Sequence record: OP045498.1
Source: Klebsiella phage 150049
Reading direction: 5' to 3' (one strand)
DNA length: 64,000 nucleotides
Under the pieces are notes generated by a model. That model was given only the letters and a program-made list of their open reading frames with translations, was not told the origin of the DNA and ran no database searches. The translations under genes and the position numbers were made by a program. Numbering within the stretch: the first letter of the stretch is position 1; each line of letters opens with the position of its first letter. This document shows positions 1 to 10,475 of this stretch, in pieces.

Positions 1-241
1 GCTTGATAACTTCATCAAGAACTCCGAATAAGCGGTCACGATTACGGAAGCCACTTTCCATAAAGATATCGTTGAGATAGTTTTTAACTTCCCCACGATT
101 CATTATATCACGGAATGCAATCTCGGACATTCCAAGACTACGAGCGGCGGCAGGAACATCACTACCGCACTGTAAATAGGCTTCAATAACATCCATGCCT
201 TCGGGAGACATGAGATCGGGAACTAATACATCATTTGCCAT
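1..241 (-). CDS. HTH-containing protein, 5' part only (gene continues beyond window start)
   Basis: ATG at 241 preceded by AGGAGG; translation [10 protein letters not shown]...[18 protein letters not shown] has a helix-turn-helix-like segment; truncated by window edge. Confidence 0.35.
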   Translation of the reverse strand, partial: MANDVLVPDLMSPEGMDVIEAYLQCGSDVPAAARSLGMSEIAFRDIMNRGEVKNYLNDIFMESGFRNRDRLFGVLDEVIK

Positions 242-251
242 ATATCCTCCT

Positions 252-2033
252 TTAGGTTAGGCGTTGAACTGTTACACGTAGTCTTGGCAAGAAAACAGCT
301 GCCGCTTCTGCAGCGTGAATGATAACACCCAACTCAACGTTGCCATTACCAAGGTTTTTAATAGTATAAATATATCCGTTCCTACGGAAAGCAAACTCAT
401 CAGGCCTACTAGCCCAAGTTTGTGTATAACTATAGGAAGTTGTACTGTGATAAGGTACTAGATATCCAGGTGGCAGAGTAAGAATCTGGTGGAATACACC
501 ATCACCAGCTGTATAACTTTGTTGACGTCTACCTTGTACCTGCCAAGCGCTACCGCCGTAAGTACGCACAGGCATTCCAGCAGTATTAAGATTACCCATA
601 ATAACTTCAGTAGTTAATATAACAGTAGAGTGAGCATTTGGTAATCCCAACCAAACTGTGGCCAAAGGTGTGTAGAAGTCACCAGCACCAGGGTAGGATG
701 GAGTTATATCGTCCCCTACATAAGTACTTGCAACGTTGCCTGGGAATAACCTGAGGGGTACAGTACTAGGACTCCACACAGGTCCATGTTCATTACCAAT
801 GGAGTTGGTATTAGTATCTACATACCATTGTTTACCTACACCAAATTTATATAAGCTAATTTGAGAAGCTGCACCCCCATAGTTAACAGGAGACCACAAC
901 CCGCCATTACTAGAGCCGATAAATTCACATCGTGCAGTATTATCACCAAAAACTCCGGTATACGCAGCGTTATTACCAACATACTCCATATCAGGGCGAT
1001 AGCCTAAGTTTCCGAAAGCATTCTGGTTAATAAATTTATAGCCTGTATTTGGTAGGCTAACACCTTTAATAGTAAAGTTAGATGGAGATATTAGGATATC
1101 TGAACCGGTAAATGGATTACCAGAAACTCCCATACTACCATTAGAATAGCGCAGATTTAGCACATACCAAATAACCTTAGTTGGCGTAACGTTATACCAG
1201 TCCTGTACATATACCTTTCTAGCAGACTGAGCAGCCATATTAGAAGTAGAACCTCTACAAACATATATTTTTTCTGGGTATGCAGGAGATTGGTAAAGAA
1301 CGTTTACGTTATCTGGTAGTACGCCTTTTTTACCTGCGAAGCCACGAATATTAGAACTACAAACATAAAACCAATCATGGCCTCTACCAGCAGAACCAAT
1401 AGGCGCCTGCCAGTTAGGTTCCCAATAATCTGCGTTACCACCATCTAAAGGAACAGTAGAGACACCGGTTGGAAAACCCATAAGACTCCAGGCTCTGGCA
1501 ATGGCTTCACCAGCAGAAACACCACCAGGTCTAAAGATCTGGAAACCAGAGGACTGTAGTAAACTGCCTCCAGAACCTTGCCGAGCAATAGATTCCTCAT
1601 GACCAAGACCACCATTATAGATATAGGTACCATGAGCTAAACTATCACCGATCGCAAAAGCAGATGTTACAGATAATTCAGCACCAGCACGTGGTGGGTC
1701 TTCAAAGAATGATAAGAACTGGCCAACCTGAGATTGAGTACCATTGAGGAATCCTCTATGGGTACCATTAATCTCAATAGCAGTTAATATAACTCTACCC
1801 GGATCATTGGATTTAATATTTATAATATCCCAAGGCATCTGAGTAACAAAGTATCCATTACCTGCATTACCTAGAGCCGCTTCATAAGTCCCATCAACCA
1901 GGACGAAAGGCATATCTGAGTGAAAGATACTATTAGTATTTGGAGAGTAGTGTTCACCAGTATCACCACCATTAGCAGCGTTTAGCGATAATACAGTTTT
2001 ACCATCACTAAATTTTCCTGCGAAAAAACTCAT
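252..2033 (-). CDS. Gly/Asn/Ser/Trp-rich 593 aa protein, possible tail fiber/receptor-binding structural protein
   Basis: Long ORF; composition typical of phage fibre tips; T4 late-promoter-like TATAAATA about 55 nt upstream on coding strand. Confidence 0.4.
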   Translation of the reverse strand: MSFFAGKFSDGKTVLSLNAANGGDTGEHYSPNTNSIFHSDMPFVLVDGTYEAALGNAGNGYFVTQMPWDIINIKSNDPGRVILTAIEINGTHRGFLNGTQSQVGQFLSFFEDPPRAGAELSVTSAFAIGDSLAHGTYIYNGGLGHEESIARQGSGGSLLQSSGFQIFRPGGVSAGEAIARAWSLMGFPTGVSTVPLDGGNADYWEPNWQAPIGSAGRGHDWFYVCSSNIRGFAGKKGVLPDNVNVLYQSPAYPEKIYVCRGSTSNMAAQSARKVYVQDWYNVTPTKVIWYVLNLRYSNGSMGVSGNPFTGSDILISPSNFTIKGVSLPNTGYKFINQNAFGNLGYRPDMEYVGNNAAYTGVFGDNTARCEFIGSSNGGLWSPVNYGGAASQISLYKFGVGKQWYVDTNTNSIGNEHGPVWSPSTVPLRLFPGNVASTYVGDDITPSYPGAGDFYTPLATVWLGLPNAHSTVILTTEVIMGNLNTAGMPVRTYGGSAWQVQGRRQQSYTAGDGVFHQILTLPPGYLVPYHSTTSYSYTQTWASRPDEFAFRRNGYIYTIKNLGNGNVELGVIIHAAEAAAVFLPRLRVTVQRLT

Positions 2034-2116
2034 ACAATCTCCTTCTTTAAAAATGTATTTGCTTAGATCCCTCTATTTTGCTATAATATATTTATAAATT
2101 AAACAGAGGAACGATT

Positions 2117-2383
2117 ATGAAAAAGTTACTAGCTATCGTAGTTGCAGCAGTAGTGTTGACGGGTTGTGTACCAGCTCCCGAGCCATTTTGTAAGGCATAT
2201 GTGAAGTCTTATGGTCATGTTGGTGAAGAACACTATGCTTTAGATATTCGAGAAGCACGTACTGTAGGCTACCGATTCCCTAAAACTCAGTTACGCACTA
2301 AGTTTGGGTGGTGGGATTTGTCACAGTTTGATCTCAAATATGGCGATTGCAAATTTAAACTAGAACAATCTGGTCACTTGTAA
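2117..2383 (+). CDS. small lipoprotein
   Basis: Signal peptide with lipobox LTGC; preceded by early promoter cassette and RBS GAGG. Confidence 0.6.
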   Translation: MKKLLAIVVAAVVLTGCVPAPEPFCKAYVKSYGHVGEEHYALDIREARTVGYRFPKTQLRTKFGWWDLSQFDLKYGDCKFKLEQSGHL

Positions 2384-2457
2384 TTAGTATAAAGTAAAAA
2401 GATCTCGAAGTAAACAAAAATTTTTATTTCTGGGATGAGGTACAGGTAGCAAACACA

Positions 2458-2772
2458 ATGCAAGATGTAGAAAAGTCCTTTCAGGAACCTGTTAACTTTG
2501 AAATAGATCCCAGGACTAAAGCAATACATGATGCGATTAACGAAATCATTCAAGACGTCATAGAAGATACAATAGAAGACGTGATGGGAACATCCTTCTT
2601 ACTAGAAGAGTCCGGCTTCGATGAAGTAATGGATCTTATCGGGACAGTCATAATGGTTCGTGCAATTGCTAGGATATTCCAAATACCAGGACTACAGGAG
2701 AAGCAAAGAGATGTCAGACGACAACAGAAGAAAGAACAGACGCGGGGAAGTGTACGAAAGTTGGATAAATAG
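2458..2772 (+). CDS. hypothetical acidic protein
   Basis: ORF in plus-strand operon 2117-3406. Confidence 0.45.
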   Translation: MQDVEKSFQEPVNFEIDPRTKAIHDAINEIIQDVIEDTIEDVMGTSFLLEESGFDEVMDLIGTVIMVRAIARIFQIPGLQEKQRDVRRQQKKEQTRGSVRKLDK

Positions 2773-2845
2773 TTTCGGATTCGGAACTGTATTATTCTTT
2801 ATCTTTGTACTCTTTTGGTTAGCAGCTATGGCGGGGTGGTTATAA
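2711..2845 (+). CDS. small membrane protein (overlapping ORF)
   Basis: AGGAG RBS 10 nt upstream of ATG 2711; C-terminal TM segment; overlaps previous CDS in another frame. Confidence 0.25.
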   Translation: MSDDNRRKNRRGEVYESWINSFGFGTVLFFIFVLFWLAAMAGWL

Positions 2846-2949
2846 TGGAAGTAGTAATTATTGCTTTACTAGTTGTGGTAATTATCGGGCAGTGCATTCT
2901 AGATAACCACTTAGCTCGTATCGAACGTAAGCTGCGGGGAGATAAATAA
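2845..2949 (+). CDS. 34 aa single-TM peptide
   Basis: ATG 2845, stop TAA 2947-2949; hydrophobic core. Confidence 0.3.
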   Translation: MEVVIIALLVVVIIGQCILDNHLARIERKLRGDK

Positions 2950-3194
2950 TGTTTAGCTTTGTAGCTATCTTCATTATCGGGGTGCTTGCGGGAATCTTCG
3001 GAACACTCGGGGCTATTAACAAGCATCGGGAATATGTTGCGGGAGTATCGCGGGAGCTTTCGGAAAGGGAGCGGAGGTTTGCGGAGAAACGTGCGGAGTT
3101 TGAGCGGGAGTGGTCGGATGGATCTCGGGCATCGCGGAGGAGATTTCGTATGTCAGAATCGGGGGATAAGCCAGTAGATAGGAGAAGCTCATGA
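2949..3194 (+). CDS. membrane-anchored charged protein
   Basis: N-terminal TM then Arg/Glu-rich tail; TAATG overlap with previous ORF. Confidence 0.45.
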   Translation: MFSFVAIFIIGVLAGIFGTLGAINKHREYVAGVSRELSERERRFAEKRAEFEREWSDGSRASRRRFRMSESGDKPVDRRSS

Positions 3195-3406
3195 AAGAAT
3201 TCGGGCGGTTTTTCGGGGAGTTTGAGATAACTCAAGAAGAACTAGAAAAGATGGGCATCACTCAGGAGTTGCTACAGGTTCTTCCTAAGTCTTCGGAAAT
3301 TCCAGAAGGATTTATGAGATTTGATGAAGCTATTGAGTATATCAATAATCTTGTTAAGACTGACCCTCTATGGCAGTCCATTCTCAAGCAGTCAGTCCAT
3401 AAATAG
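3191..3406 (+). CDS. hypothetical protein
   Basis: ATGA overlap with previous; followed by terminator hairpin. Confidence 0.45.
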   Translation: MKEFGRFFGEFEITQEELEKMGITQELLQVLPKSSEIPEGFMRFDEAIEYINNLVKTDPLWQSILKQSVHK

Positions 3407-3511
3407 CGCTAATTTGACTTTTGCCAAATCTCATAAGATTACACATGAAGGTGTGCCCAGAGGTTCCCTAGATGAGAATGAGTCTCATTACCGCCCCGGT
3501 ACTTAGCAAGC

Positions 3512-3551
3512 TAATAGTCACACCATGTTATCGTTACACAGTGTGACTATT
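3512..3551 (+). terminator. rho-independent terminator
   Basis: stem AGTCACAC...GTGTGACT followed by T-run after plus-strand operon. Confidence 0.6.
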
Positions 3552-3564
3552 TTATTTTTAATTG

Positions 3565-4299
3565 TTAGGCAACTTTTAATTTATCAATGAATTGTTGCGG
3601 AGTGGTACTATATTCCGCGCGTTCTTCCTCGGTCATACCTTCCCAACACATTTTTAAACGTTCGGCTAGGAATTGATAATCGTTATCATCATCTAACGAT
3701 TCATCAATAAAGGTTTCACCGATCAATGTTACCCCGATTGATAGGATATCATTAACGGCTTGAGCGTCCAGCGTTTTAAATCCAGCACTTGCCGCCGCTG
3801 ATAATACACCTTTATGATCATCAATCATCGTAAAATCAGCGTTAGGATATAGCTGTTTAAACAGTTCAAAGTAATAAGACTTATATACAGCGTCTTTGCT
3901 GTGATATATTTCGCTAACCTTACCCGCTTCAAAGTATTTATGTAATGTATCGCGGGAAAATACGCGAATATTACTATTTCCGCGCCCTCTTAGACTTTGT
4001 TTACGCAAGAAATAATAATCAGATTTACCCATTAAGCGAGCGGTACAAATAAGGTTTAAGGTATTGGGATCATTCATACATTGGCGCATATATTCAACCA
4101 ATGGCAATAAAGAATCCTGCATAATTAAATCATGCTTGCAGGCTTCGCGGGAATATTTATTTAAATCTAAATTCCCATTATCATCAAAACAAGGCCCGAC
4201 ACGGTGCATTGAGTTAATGATTGTACCGTCTAAATCCCAAATCATAACGCGGGAAATATGCGGGAAAGTGCGGGTAATATTCATGTTGACTTGATTCAT
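3565..4299 (-). CDS. HAD-superfamily phosphatase (possible nucleotidase)
   Basis: Motif I IWDLDGTII (DxDGT), motif II ICTAR, motif IV MIDDHKG. Confidence 0.6.
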   Translation of the reverse strand: MNQVNMNITRTFPHISRVMIWDLDGTIINSMHRVGPCFDDNGNLDLNKYSREACKHDLIMQDSLLPLVEYMRQCMNDPNTLNLICTARLMGKSDYYFLRKQSLRGRGNSNIRVFSRDTLHKYFEAGKVSEIYHSKDAVYKSYYFELFKQLYPNADFTMIDDHKGVLSAAASAGFKTLDAQAVNDILSIGVTLIGETFIDESLDDDNDYQFLAERLKMCWEGMTEEERAEYSTTPQQFIDKLKVA

Positions 4300-4335
4300 T
4301 TGTTACATTCTCCATTTAAGGGATTTAGGTTAATT

Positions 4336-4372
4336 CAATCTTGCCAGCTAATTATATTGGATTAGCTGGCAA
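4336..4372 (-). terminator. 12-bp perfect inverted repeat hairpin
   Basis: TTGCCAGCTAAT tatattgg ATTAGCTGGCAA downstream of CDS 4387-4779. Confidence 0.4.
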
Positions 4373-4386
4373 TGTTCAATTAACTA

Positions 4387-4779
4387 TTAGTTAGTGAGGC
4401 CATACGCTAGCGCGTCACCGATAAAGCTAAGATCTTCACCATGTACGCTAGAGCGAATCCCCGCGCAAGTGTAAACCATCGCGCTAGCTTCGGGATTGCA
4501 GACCGGACACGGCTTAACAACTGCAAACGCTAGACCGGATTTAAGCGCATCAATAATAATTGTTTGCACTGTCAAAGTATCAGCGTAAACGCCTTTTGCT
4601 TTTGTATGGCTTGCCACTTTGCCGGTATCATAAGCAAAGGTAGTAACCTGCAAAGCGTCGTTATAATTCAGCAAATCAAAATTAACTTGCCCCGCCTCGA
4701 CGTGATAACGTTCACCATTAGAATAAACTAAAACGATGGAAGAAGTAGCACGATCAAAAGGAATGTTTTGGTTTTTCAT
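4387..4779 (-). CDS. hypothetical protein
   Basis: ORF with RBS; GC-richer block. Confidence 0.5.
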   Translation of the reverse strand: MKNQNIPFDRATSSIVLVYSNGERYHVEAGQVNFDLLNYNDALQVTTFAYDTGKVASHTKAKGVYADTLTVQTIIIDALKSGLAFAVVKPCPVCNPEASAMVYTCAGIRSSVHGEDLSFIGDALAYGLTN

Positions 4780-4815
4780 GTTTATGACTCCAGATTATTT
4801 AATTACGGGATTAAT

Positions 4816-5073
4816 TTATTTAATTGCAATTGTTAATTGATACGGCGTTAATTCGCCGTTATTAGTAATACTTTGATCATCTAACCATTCCATAAAGTCA
4901 GAATAATCATTAAACGTTAATACGTCATTATCACGGGTATCAACTGCAATAATACAACCTGTATTCGTCGGACTAGCCAACATATAATCGAATTGGTATA
5001 CCTTGCCGCATTCCATATCATCCGGCGTTATATACTGCTTTTTATCCAGTGTTTTAGGTAATACAATATTCAT
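4816..5073 (-). CDS. hypothetical protein
   Basis: ORF. Confidence 0.5.
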   Translation of the reverse strand: MNIVLPKTLDKKQYITPDDMECGKVYQFDYMLASPTNTGCIIAVDTRDNDVLTFNDYSDFMEWLDDQSITNNGELTPYQLTIAIK

Positions 5074-5125
5074 TTAATAAACCTTTTATTAATGGCGGTA
5101 TATTTCAACCGCCGATTAAATTTAA

Positions 5126-6790
5126 TTATGCAAAGAATTTACCGTTCTTAAAGTCAATCAATGTTCTTTGACCGTTTGCATAGGTAATTAAATGCGTTTG
5201 CGTCCAGCTTGACGCGCCCACGTTGTAGCCCATATCAAGGGAACCAGCAACGCCAGCGGTATAAACGCCGCCGTAAATGCTAGCCGTGTGAGTGTGACCA
5301 GTGTTAAGGCGTCCAAGTTTCTTAAACTGCTTAGGATTGCCCCGACTGCCGTTAATGCCATTGTGACCATGTACGCCGCATTCAATGCCAGCGATTTTAA
5401 ACGACTGGTCAGTAGTCAGGAAAATAGCGTTAAATTCGCATCCTGCGACGTTCCGCAAGGCGTAATCTAGCACGTTAAAGGTATCATCCTTTTCAGCAAT
5501 AGCGGCGTAAATCGCAGCGTTTAGACGGTGATACAATTCCGCGTTTGCGGGATCGTCTTTGATGTTAGCATTACGATCATCCAGCCAACGAGATAACGCT
5601 AGATCATGGTTAGATTCAACAATGATTGTTTGAGAGAAATCACGCTCCATAGATTCCAACACGCGACCGGTATCGATAAGATCATCTAGAACTTTGTCAC
5701 GTCCGGCGGCGTATTGTTTAGCAAGGAATACACCACTAGCGCGGTTATGATGATTGCGGGATGTAAAATCGTGCACGTCATGGACAAACTGATATTTAGG
5801 CTTGAGAATATCAAGCAAGCTGTTTTCACTAGCCCATGACGCAACGGCGCATTCATCATCTAATTTTTCGGCGTGAATATCACCATATTGCAAGCCTAAA
5901 ACGTGTCCAGACGTTTCATAACATCCGGCAGGAGTAGCGCAAATATTCAAATCATAAAACATTCCGCTTTCGTCCATTGTTTCAAGCTGGCGCACAAAAA
6001 ATTCGCCGTCGTCGTCAAACTCCACCAGCAAAGCGCCGAAATTATGCAGCGCCTCGGCTTTTTGACCTGCTTTCTGCTGAATGTAGTTTTTAAGCGTAGC
6101 CGTTCCGGTTGAATACATACGGCGCACTACTTCACCTTTTAACGCTGGCACACTTTCAGCGGTAATTTTAGCGTGACCAATTGCCAGACCTTCAATATTT
6201 AAAGCCGTGGCGGTTTCTGCGAATCCTGAAAGCGGATAGTCTGCCGTTGGTAACACGTTAATTTCAGCCATGAAAGCAAAACGGCGATTATTTAAAAATA
6301 CGTTTTTCTCGCAAATATATTTATTAAATGCGGGATCGTATTTAATGCCTTCGTTACCTTCTCCATTCTGGAAGCCGTTTTTATTGTAAATGAATTTACT
6401 AACCAGCAATTCACCGCCGATATATTCAGCGAATTTTTCCAGACTTGCTAAAAAGTTTTTATGCGGGAAAGTATTATTTTGAATCGACGTTAGAATAAAA
6501 CGGCGACCGGATTTAACTTCCCACTGTTCCACGGTACTAGAAACAATTCCCGCCGCTTCGGGGCGATCATCATTTTTAATCGCCTTTTCAGCTTTTGCCG
6601 CTTTCGGTTTTGCTGGCTTATTTGCTTCCAACCAGTCGCAAATTGCGGTTGAATGTTTCGTTGTATCGTAAACAGCTTTTGATATATCGTCGCAAACTTC
6701 CAGCTTAGTAGCGCGTAAACGTTTACCGTAGAAATTAAAATCAGCGGCAAGTTTAACGATCTGGGCTTGTTTTTCTGCGGAAATATTCAT
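5126..6790 (-). CDS. calcineurin-like metallophosphoesterase with large N-terminal extension
   Basis: C-terminal half carries GDIHAE, SNHD, VHGHNG and GHTHT phosphoesterase motifs; Lys/Ala-rich linker; GC about 50%. Confidence 0.55.
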   Translation of the reverse strand: MNISAEKQAQIVKLAADFNFYGKRLRATKLEVCDDISKAVYDTTKHSTAICDWLEANKPAKPKAAKAEKAIKNDDRPEAAGIVSSTVEQWEVKSGRRFILTSIQNNTFPHKNFLASLEKFAEYIGGELLVSKFIYNKNGFQNGEGNEGIKYDPAFNKYICEKNVFLNNRRFAFMAEINVLPTADYPLSGFAETATALNIEGLAIGHAKITAESVPALKGEVVRRMYSTGTATLKNYIQQKAGQKAEALHNFGALLVEFDDDGEFFVRQLETMDESGMFYDLNICATPAGCYETSGHVLGLQYGDIHAEKLDDECAVASWASENSLLDILKPKYQFVHDVHDFTSRNHHNRASGVFLAKQYAAGRDKVLDDLIDTGRVLESMERDFSQTIIVESNHDLALSRWLDDRNANIKDDPANAELYHRLNAAIYAAIAEKDDTFNVLDYALRNVAGCEFNAIFLTTDQSFKIAGIECGVHGHNGINGSRGNPKQFKKLGRLNTGHTHTASIYGGVYTAGVAGSLDMGYNVGASSWTQTHLITYANGQRTLIDFKNGKFFA

Positions 6791-6899
6791 AACTAATTCA
6801 ACTCCTATAAAGGGATAAAGATTAAAGCTGGCAATATTGCCAAATATAACGCCTTGCCTGAAGTGAGGACAATTTAAAAGGCGTTATAATTTGCAACAT

Positions 6900-7124
6900 T
6901 TAATTAAGCGGCATTAAACTAGAACAAAAGCCAAATACAATGCCAATTGTAAGAAAGATAATTGACAGATATTTTTGAATGTTCGCGTTTTTGCGGAAAT
7001 TATTTGCGGCGTAAACGTTATTAATTCCGATTATTGCTAGAATTGACCGCGTATAATTCAGAATAAAAGCGGCGGCAATAATAAATAAACCTAAAATAAA
7101 CGCTTCGCTAGGATAAAAGATCAA
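6900..7124 (-). CDS. small multi-TM membrane protein (TTG start)
   Basis: AAGGAG 7 nt upstream of TTG; hydrophobic throughout. Confidence 0.4.
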   Translation of the reverse strand: MIFYPSEAFILGLFIIAAAFILNYTRSILAIIGINNVYAANNFRKNANIQKYLSIIFLTIGIVFGFCSSLMPLN

Positions 7125-7174
7125 GATTATTCTCCTTTAAGGGATAGCGGGGAATATTCCCCGCTAATTAAAAT

Positions 7175-7591
7175 TTATTCACCTGCGGCCTGTTTTACTT
7201 CCTCCGCTACGCCTAACAATTGCGCTACAGCGTCCAGAGTTTCAAGTTTAGCACTTTCAAGGCTTGCCAGATCGTCGGCATCTTTTACGATACCTGAATC
7301 AATGGCGTGTTTAGCGATGACGCGCACATAGTGAGCTTTACGGACACTAGACCCGCCGCCAACTTTACGCGGTTTATCGCTTTTCTGGTAGGCTTTTGCG
7401 CTTGTCAGTTTAGAACGTACAGAAACAGGACTTGCAGCGCCAACGGCGGCGGCAATTTCTTTTAAGCCGTCACTATTCGCAAACTCAATCCCGCTTTTAG
7501 CGACCATTTCAGAATACATAGAAACAGCCTTTTCGGTGTTTTCTTCGTTCCAAGAGAATTTTGCGGTTTTTTCGGTTTTAACGTTAGACAT
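7175..7591 (-). CDS. hypothetical protein
   Basis: ORF, flanked by GC-rich hairpin 7148-7167. Confidence 0.5.
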   Translation of the reverse strand: MSNVKTEKTAKFSWNEENTEKAVSMYSEMVAKSGIEFANSDGLKEIAAAVGAASPVSVRSKLTSAKAYQKSDKPRKVGGGSSVRKAHYVRVIAKHAIDSGIVKDADDLASLESAKLETLDAVAQLLGVAEEVKQAAGE

Positions 7592-7691
7592 AATTTAATA
7601 CTCCATTCAATTATTAATTAAGGGATTATGATTAACTAATGTTAATCCATATATTCCCCATATTTCAGGGGAATATAAAAGTAACACTAAT

Positions 7692-7943
7692 TTATGCTAT
7701 AGCTTGCCATTTATCATCTTTCTGAATGATCTTTACAACGTCGCCAGATTTAACGCGAACATTATAAATAGGCTTGCCGTTGTTACTGCGTTCCGTTTCC
7801 GCATAGACCGCTTCAATCTTATCAAAGGGATCAAGCGCCGCACCTTTGATACGTTCGGCTTTTCCGGTTAATTCATCAGTTTTAGTTACAAAAGGAATGA
7901 AAACAGATTGACCTACTTTCGGCGCGGTAATAACGTTTTGCAT
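7692..7943 (-). CDS. hypothetical protein
   Basis: ORF with RBS. Confidence 0.5.
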   Translation of the reverse strand: MQNVITAPKVGQSVFIPFVTKTDELTGKAERIKGAALDPFDKIEAVYAETERSNNGKPIYNVRVKSGDVVKIIQKDDKWQAIA

Positions 7944-8107
7944 TTTTAATACTCCGGTTTATTGGGGATTATTCCACAATAGCGCCTCGATACTTTGAAA
8001 CGCTATTAGATTATAATCCGCTAGGAGTTAGCCTAAACATTACCGTTATCCAAATTTTTAAAGAGCAGTTACTACGGGGAACATCTTAAAACCTATCGGC
8101 TAGCGTG

Positions 8108-8326
8108 TCAAGCGTTTTTTAAACTTTTTTCGATTTGATGTGAGTTATATAAATCAATCATTATATTACGCCACACCATTTCCAGACCTTGCTGCTTACC
8201 TTTCTTGTATTGCTTGAATCTGTATTTTACAGATCGTTGCGCTACTGTCAACAAATTTTTTGTTCTGCTATCTAATGCGCTAGCAGGTTTTGCACTAATC
8301 ACTAAAGCGTTTTTTGATTTGATCAT
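8108..8326 (-). CDS. small basic protein flanked by 24-bp inverted repeats
   Basis: Lys/Arg-rich 72 aa; inverted repeats GGGAACATCTTAAARCCTATCGGC at 8076-8100 and 8359-8382. Confidence 0.45.
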   Translation of the reverse strand: MIKSKNALVISAKPASALDSRTKNLLTVAQRSVKYRFKQYKKGKQQGLEMVWRNIMIDLYNSHQIEKSLKNA

Positions 8327-9070
8327 ATCTGCGATTCCTTATAATGTATAAGTTTACCGCCGATAGGCTTTAAGATGTTCCCTAATTTTTAAAGAGCGTG
8401 GCGGTAAACTTCCCCGCCGTTGTAATCTGGCCTTTCGTTTCCGTCTTGCCGTCCTACGAGATAAATAATAGCAAATTAAGCGAAAGAGACAAGCGTATTT
8501 TTGTAAAGAAGTGTAAAGACAAACGCCACCGCACCACGTCCAGCGGCGCACTAAATTTAATGAAACGGGCGCGCGAATAACACCAAAACAACCATTTTAG
8601 CAAGTAATTTTTTCATTTATATCTGCTCTAGGGTACTTGACAAAATCTAAAATCCTCGTGGTGACGATAACGGCTAGTAGGCAATGCACTTGCCTAGCTT
8701 TTCCTTTGATGCGCTTAGAATCGCTTACAGAGCGTTTTAGACCCTGTTAATAACTTATACAAAAAGCAAAAATGAAATTTAATGAGTTATCCACTTGATT
8801 TTTCAAAAAAGTATTTTCTGCTGTTATTTTTCATTGACAAATAAGTTTAGACGTGCATTGATTGGTTAGCAGACTAATAATCCCTAGGATGATAATCACG
8901 CTGGTGGATTGTAACAGCCGAAATAGTTAGCAGACTATTAATACTCTAAAAACCTATTAGCCAACTAACTATTTCATATTATATAATATACTTATAAATT
9001 AAAGAGAAATAATAACTATAAGAAACTATCGGCTAAGTAAGAACCACTATCATTTAGGTTATTCACAAAG

Positions 9071-9129
9071 TTATCCACAGCACAAAATAACTTGACGCAA
9101 TAGGCGACGTTTTGGTGACTTATCCACAG
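9071..9129 (+). promoter_or_regulatory. two consensus DnaA boxes (TTATCCACA)
   Basis: Boxes at 9071-9079 and 9121-9129, plus a TTATCCACT copy near 8786. Confidence 0.5.
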
Positions 9130-9151
9130 ACTTATATACAGGTTATCCTAC

Positions 9152-9167
9152 TGTATAAATATACAGG
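9152..9167. promoter_or_regulatory. LexA-box-like palindrome CTGTATAAATATACAG (left copy)
   Basis: CTGT-N8(AT-rich)-ACAG form of the gammaproteobacterial SOS box; identical copy at 12735-12750. Confidence 0.45.
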
Positions 9168-9415
9168 GTAAAAGGGTAGCAGTAACAACCGCAATCAAAT
9201 TTAAGCGGCCTAGAACGCATTCTAAGCGGTTTTCTCACTGCTACCCTTATTATAATAAAGCCTTGTGTACGCTTACAGAGAGCTAGAAATAGAAAACGCG
9301 CGGTTATCATAAAAACAGGCAGTAAGCAAGAAATAAAAAACCTTTTCTTTTTTCTTGCCCCTAGCGAACAATTATCTATATCATTCACTCACCGATTAAC
9401 GAGGGAGACAAAGAA

Positions 9416-10411
9416 ATGTCTACTGTAAGAATTGCAGTACCAGCAAACGCCACTATTATTAAGGGTAGTTTGCGCAACCTGCTAGACGGATCAAGTCCAG
9501 CAAGCCTACAACATACGGCGGCAATGGTTGAAAAGATTCACGATGATATTTTAGATAATAATGATACTCATTATTGTTTAAGTGATTTCACACAACTACT
9601 AGACCCTACCCGCGTTCTAGTGCTTTACAACCGTGACTATCACATCATGCGAAATCAGCGGGGAAGCGATATTGATTTTATCATTGTAGGTCACGACGAA
9701 AAAAGCTATATTGCCCGTGGTTACAATGTACAAGAAAAGGAAATGGTTTTCGCTACTCGCGTAAATGGTATTAATTCCAGCGATGTAGAAGATTTACTAT
9801 CTAGTATTTGGGGCGAATTGACAAGCGCCATTAAACGTGCTGATAGTGACGCAATCGAAACAACTGGCGTATTGTGTTTTGAACGCGCTAGCGGTAACAT
9901 GTTGATCCCTAACGATTATTTAGGGTATGGGAATGAATCAAACATTGCAAACGCTGGATTTACACTAAAACCAGTTGACAACGTAGCAAAACAGGCTGTA
10001 AACTCTCAAACTTCAAGCGCAAATGCGCAAACTACTGAAAATAAAGGAAATATTATGTCTAAAGTATCTTCTATCGTTGCTGCTAACAAATCCGCCGTTG
10101 TAAACGCTGCTAAACTGGAAGCGGGTAAAATTGCATTGACTCAAATTACAAAAGTAGCGGCTAAAAAAGCGCCGTTTATGATTAAAGGTTATATTGATAC
10201 TCCGATTGGTCGCGTAGTGATCGCTAACCTGTTAAGCGTAGCGGTTGACCAGTACGCCCCGACTAACGCAAAAGCTAAAGCGGTAGCAGGCGCGGCAATG
10301 GAAGCGGCAATGTTGGAAATGGTGCAGAGTTTCAATATTGCTGAAATGATCGATGAAATGGTAAAAGGTATTGACATTTCTACCTTTACCCAAAGCGCCG
10401 AAACAGAATAA
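9416..10411 (+). CDS. hypothetical 331 aa protein with Ala/Lys-rich C-terminal region
   Basis: First gene of the plus-strand island; RBS GAGGGAG; no family recognised. Confidence 0.55.
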   Translation: MSTVRIAVPANATIIKGSLRNLLDGSSPASLQHTAAMVEKIHDDILDNNDTHYCLSDFTQLLDPTRVLVLYNRDYHIMRNQRGSDIDFIIVGHDEKSYIARGYNVQEKEMVFATRVNGINSSDVEDLLSSIWGELTSAIKRADSDAIETTGVLCFERASGNMLIPNDYLGYGNESNIANAGFTLKPVDNVAKQAVNSQTSSANAQTTENKGNIMSKVSSIVAANKSAVVNAAKLEAGKIALTQITKVAAKKAPFMIKGYIDTPIGRVVIANLLSVAVDQYAPTNAKAKAVAGAAMEAAMLEMVQSFNIAEMIDEMVKGIDISTFTQSAETE

Positions 10412-10419
10412 TAATTACT

Positions 10420-10448
10420 AGCGGGGATTATTTCCCCGCTTTACTATT
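10420..10448 (+). terminator. rho-independent terminator
   Basis: AGCGGGG attattt CCCCGCT followed by T-rich tract. Confidence 0.55.
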
Positions 10449-10475
10449 TCCCTGTTAATTGTTAGGAGACTAATT

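Noticed and set aside
1445-1633. 62 aa minus-strand ORF nested in the 593 aa gene
   Set aside because: Alternative frame inside a long confident ORF; no signals.
2882-3235. 117 aa minus-strand ORF (and 66 aa ORF 2826-3026)
   Set aside because: Overlap the coherent plus-strand operon 2117-3406, which has the promoter, RBSs and a terminator; the minus-frame products are Ser/Arg-rich antisense artefacts.
9143-9388. 81 aa minus-strand ORF, and similar 12516-12722 and 13253-13537 ORFs
   Set aside because: Fall inside repeat-rich and palindromic regulatory DNA flanking the plus-strand island; no RBS; likely non-coding.
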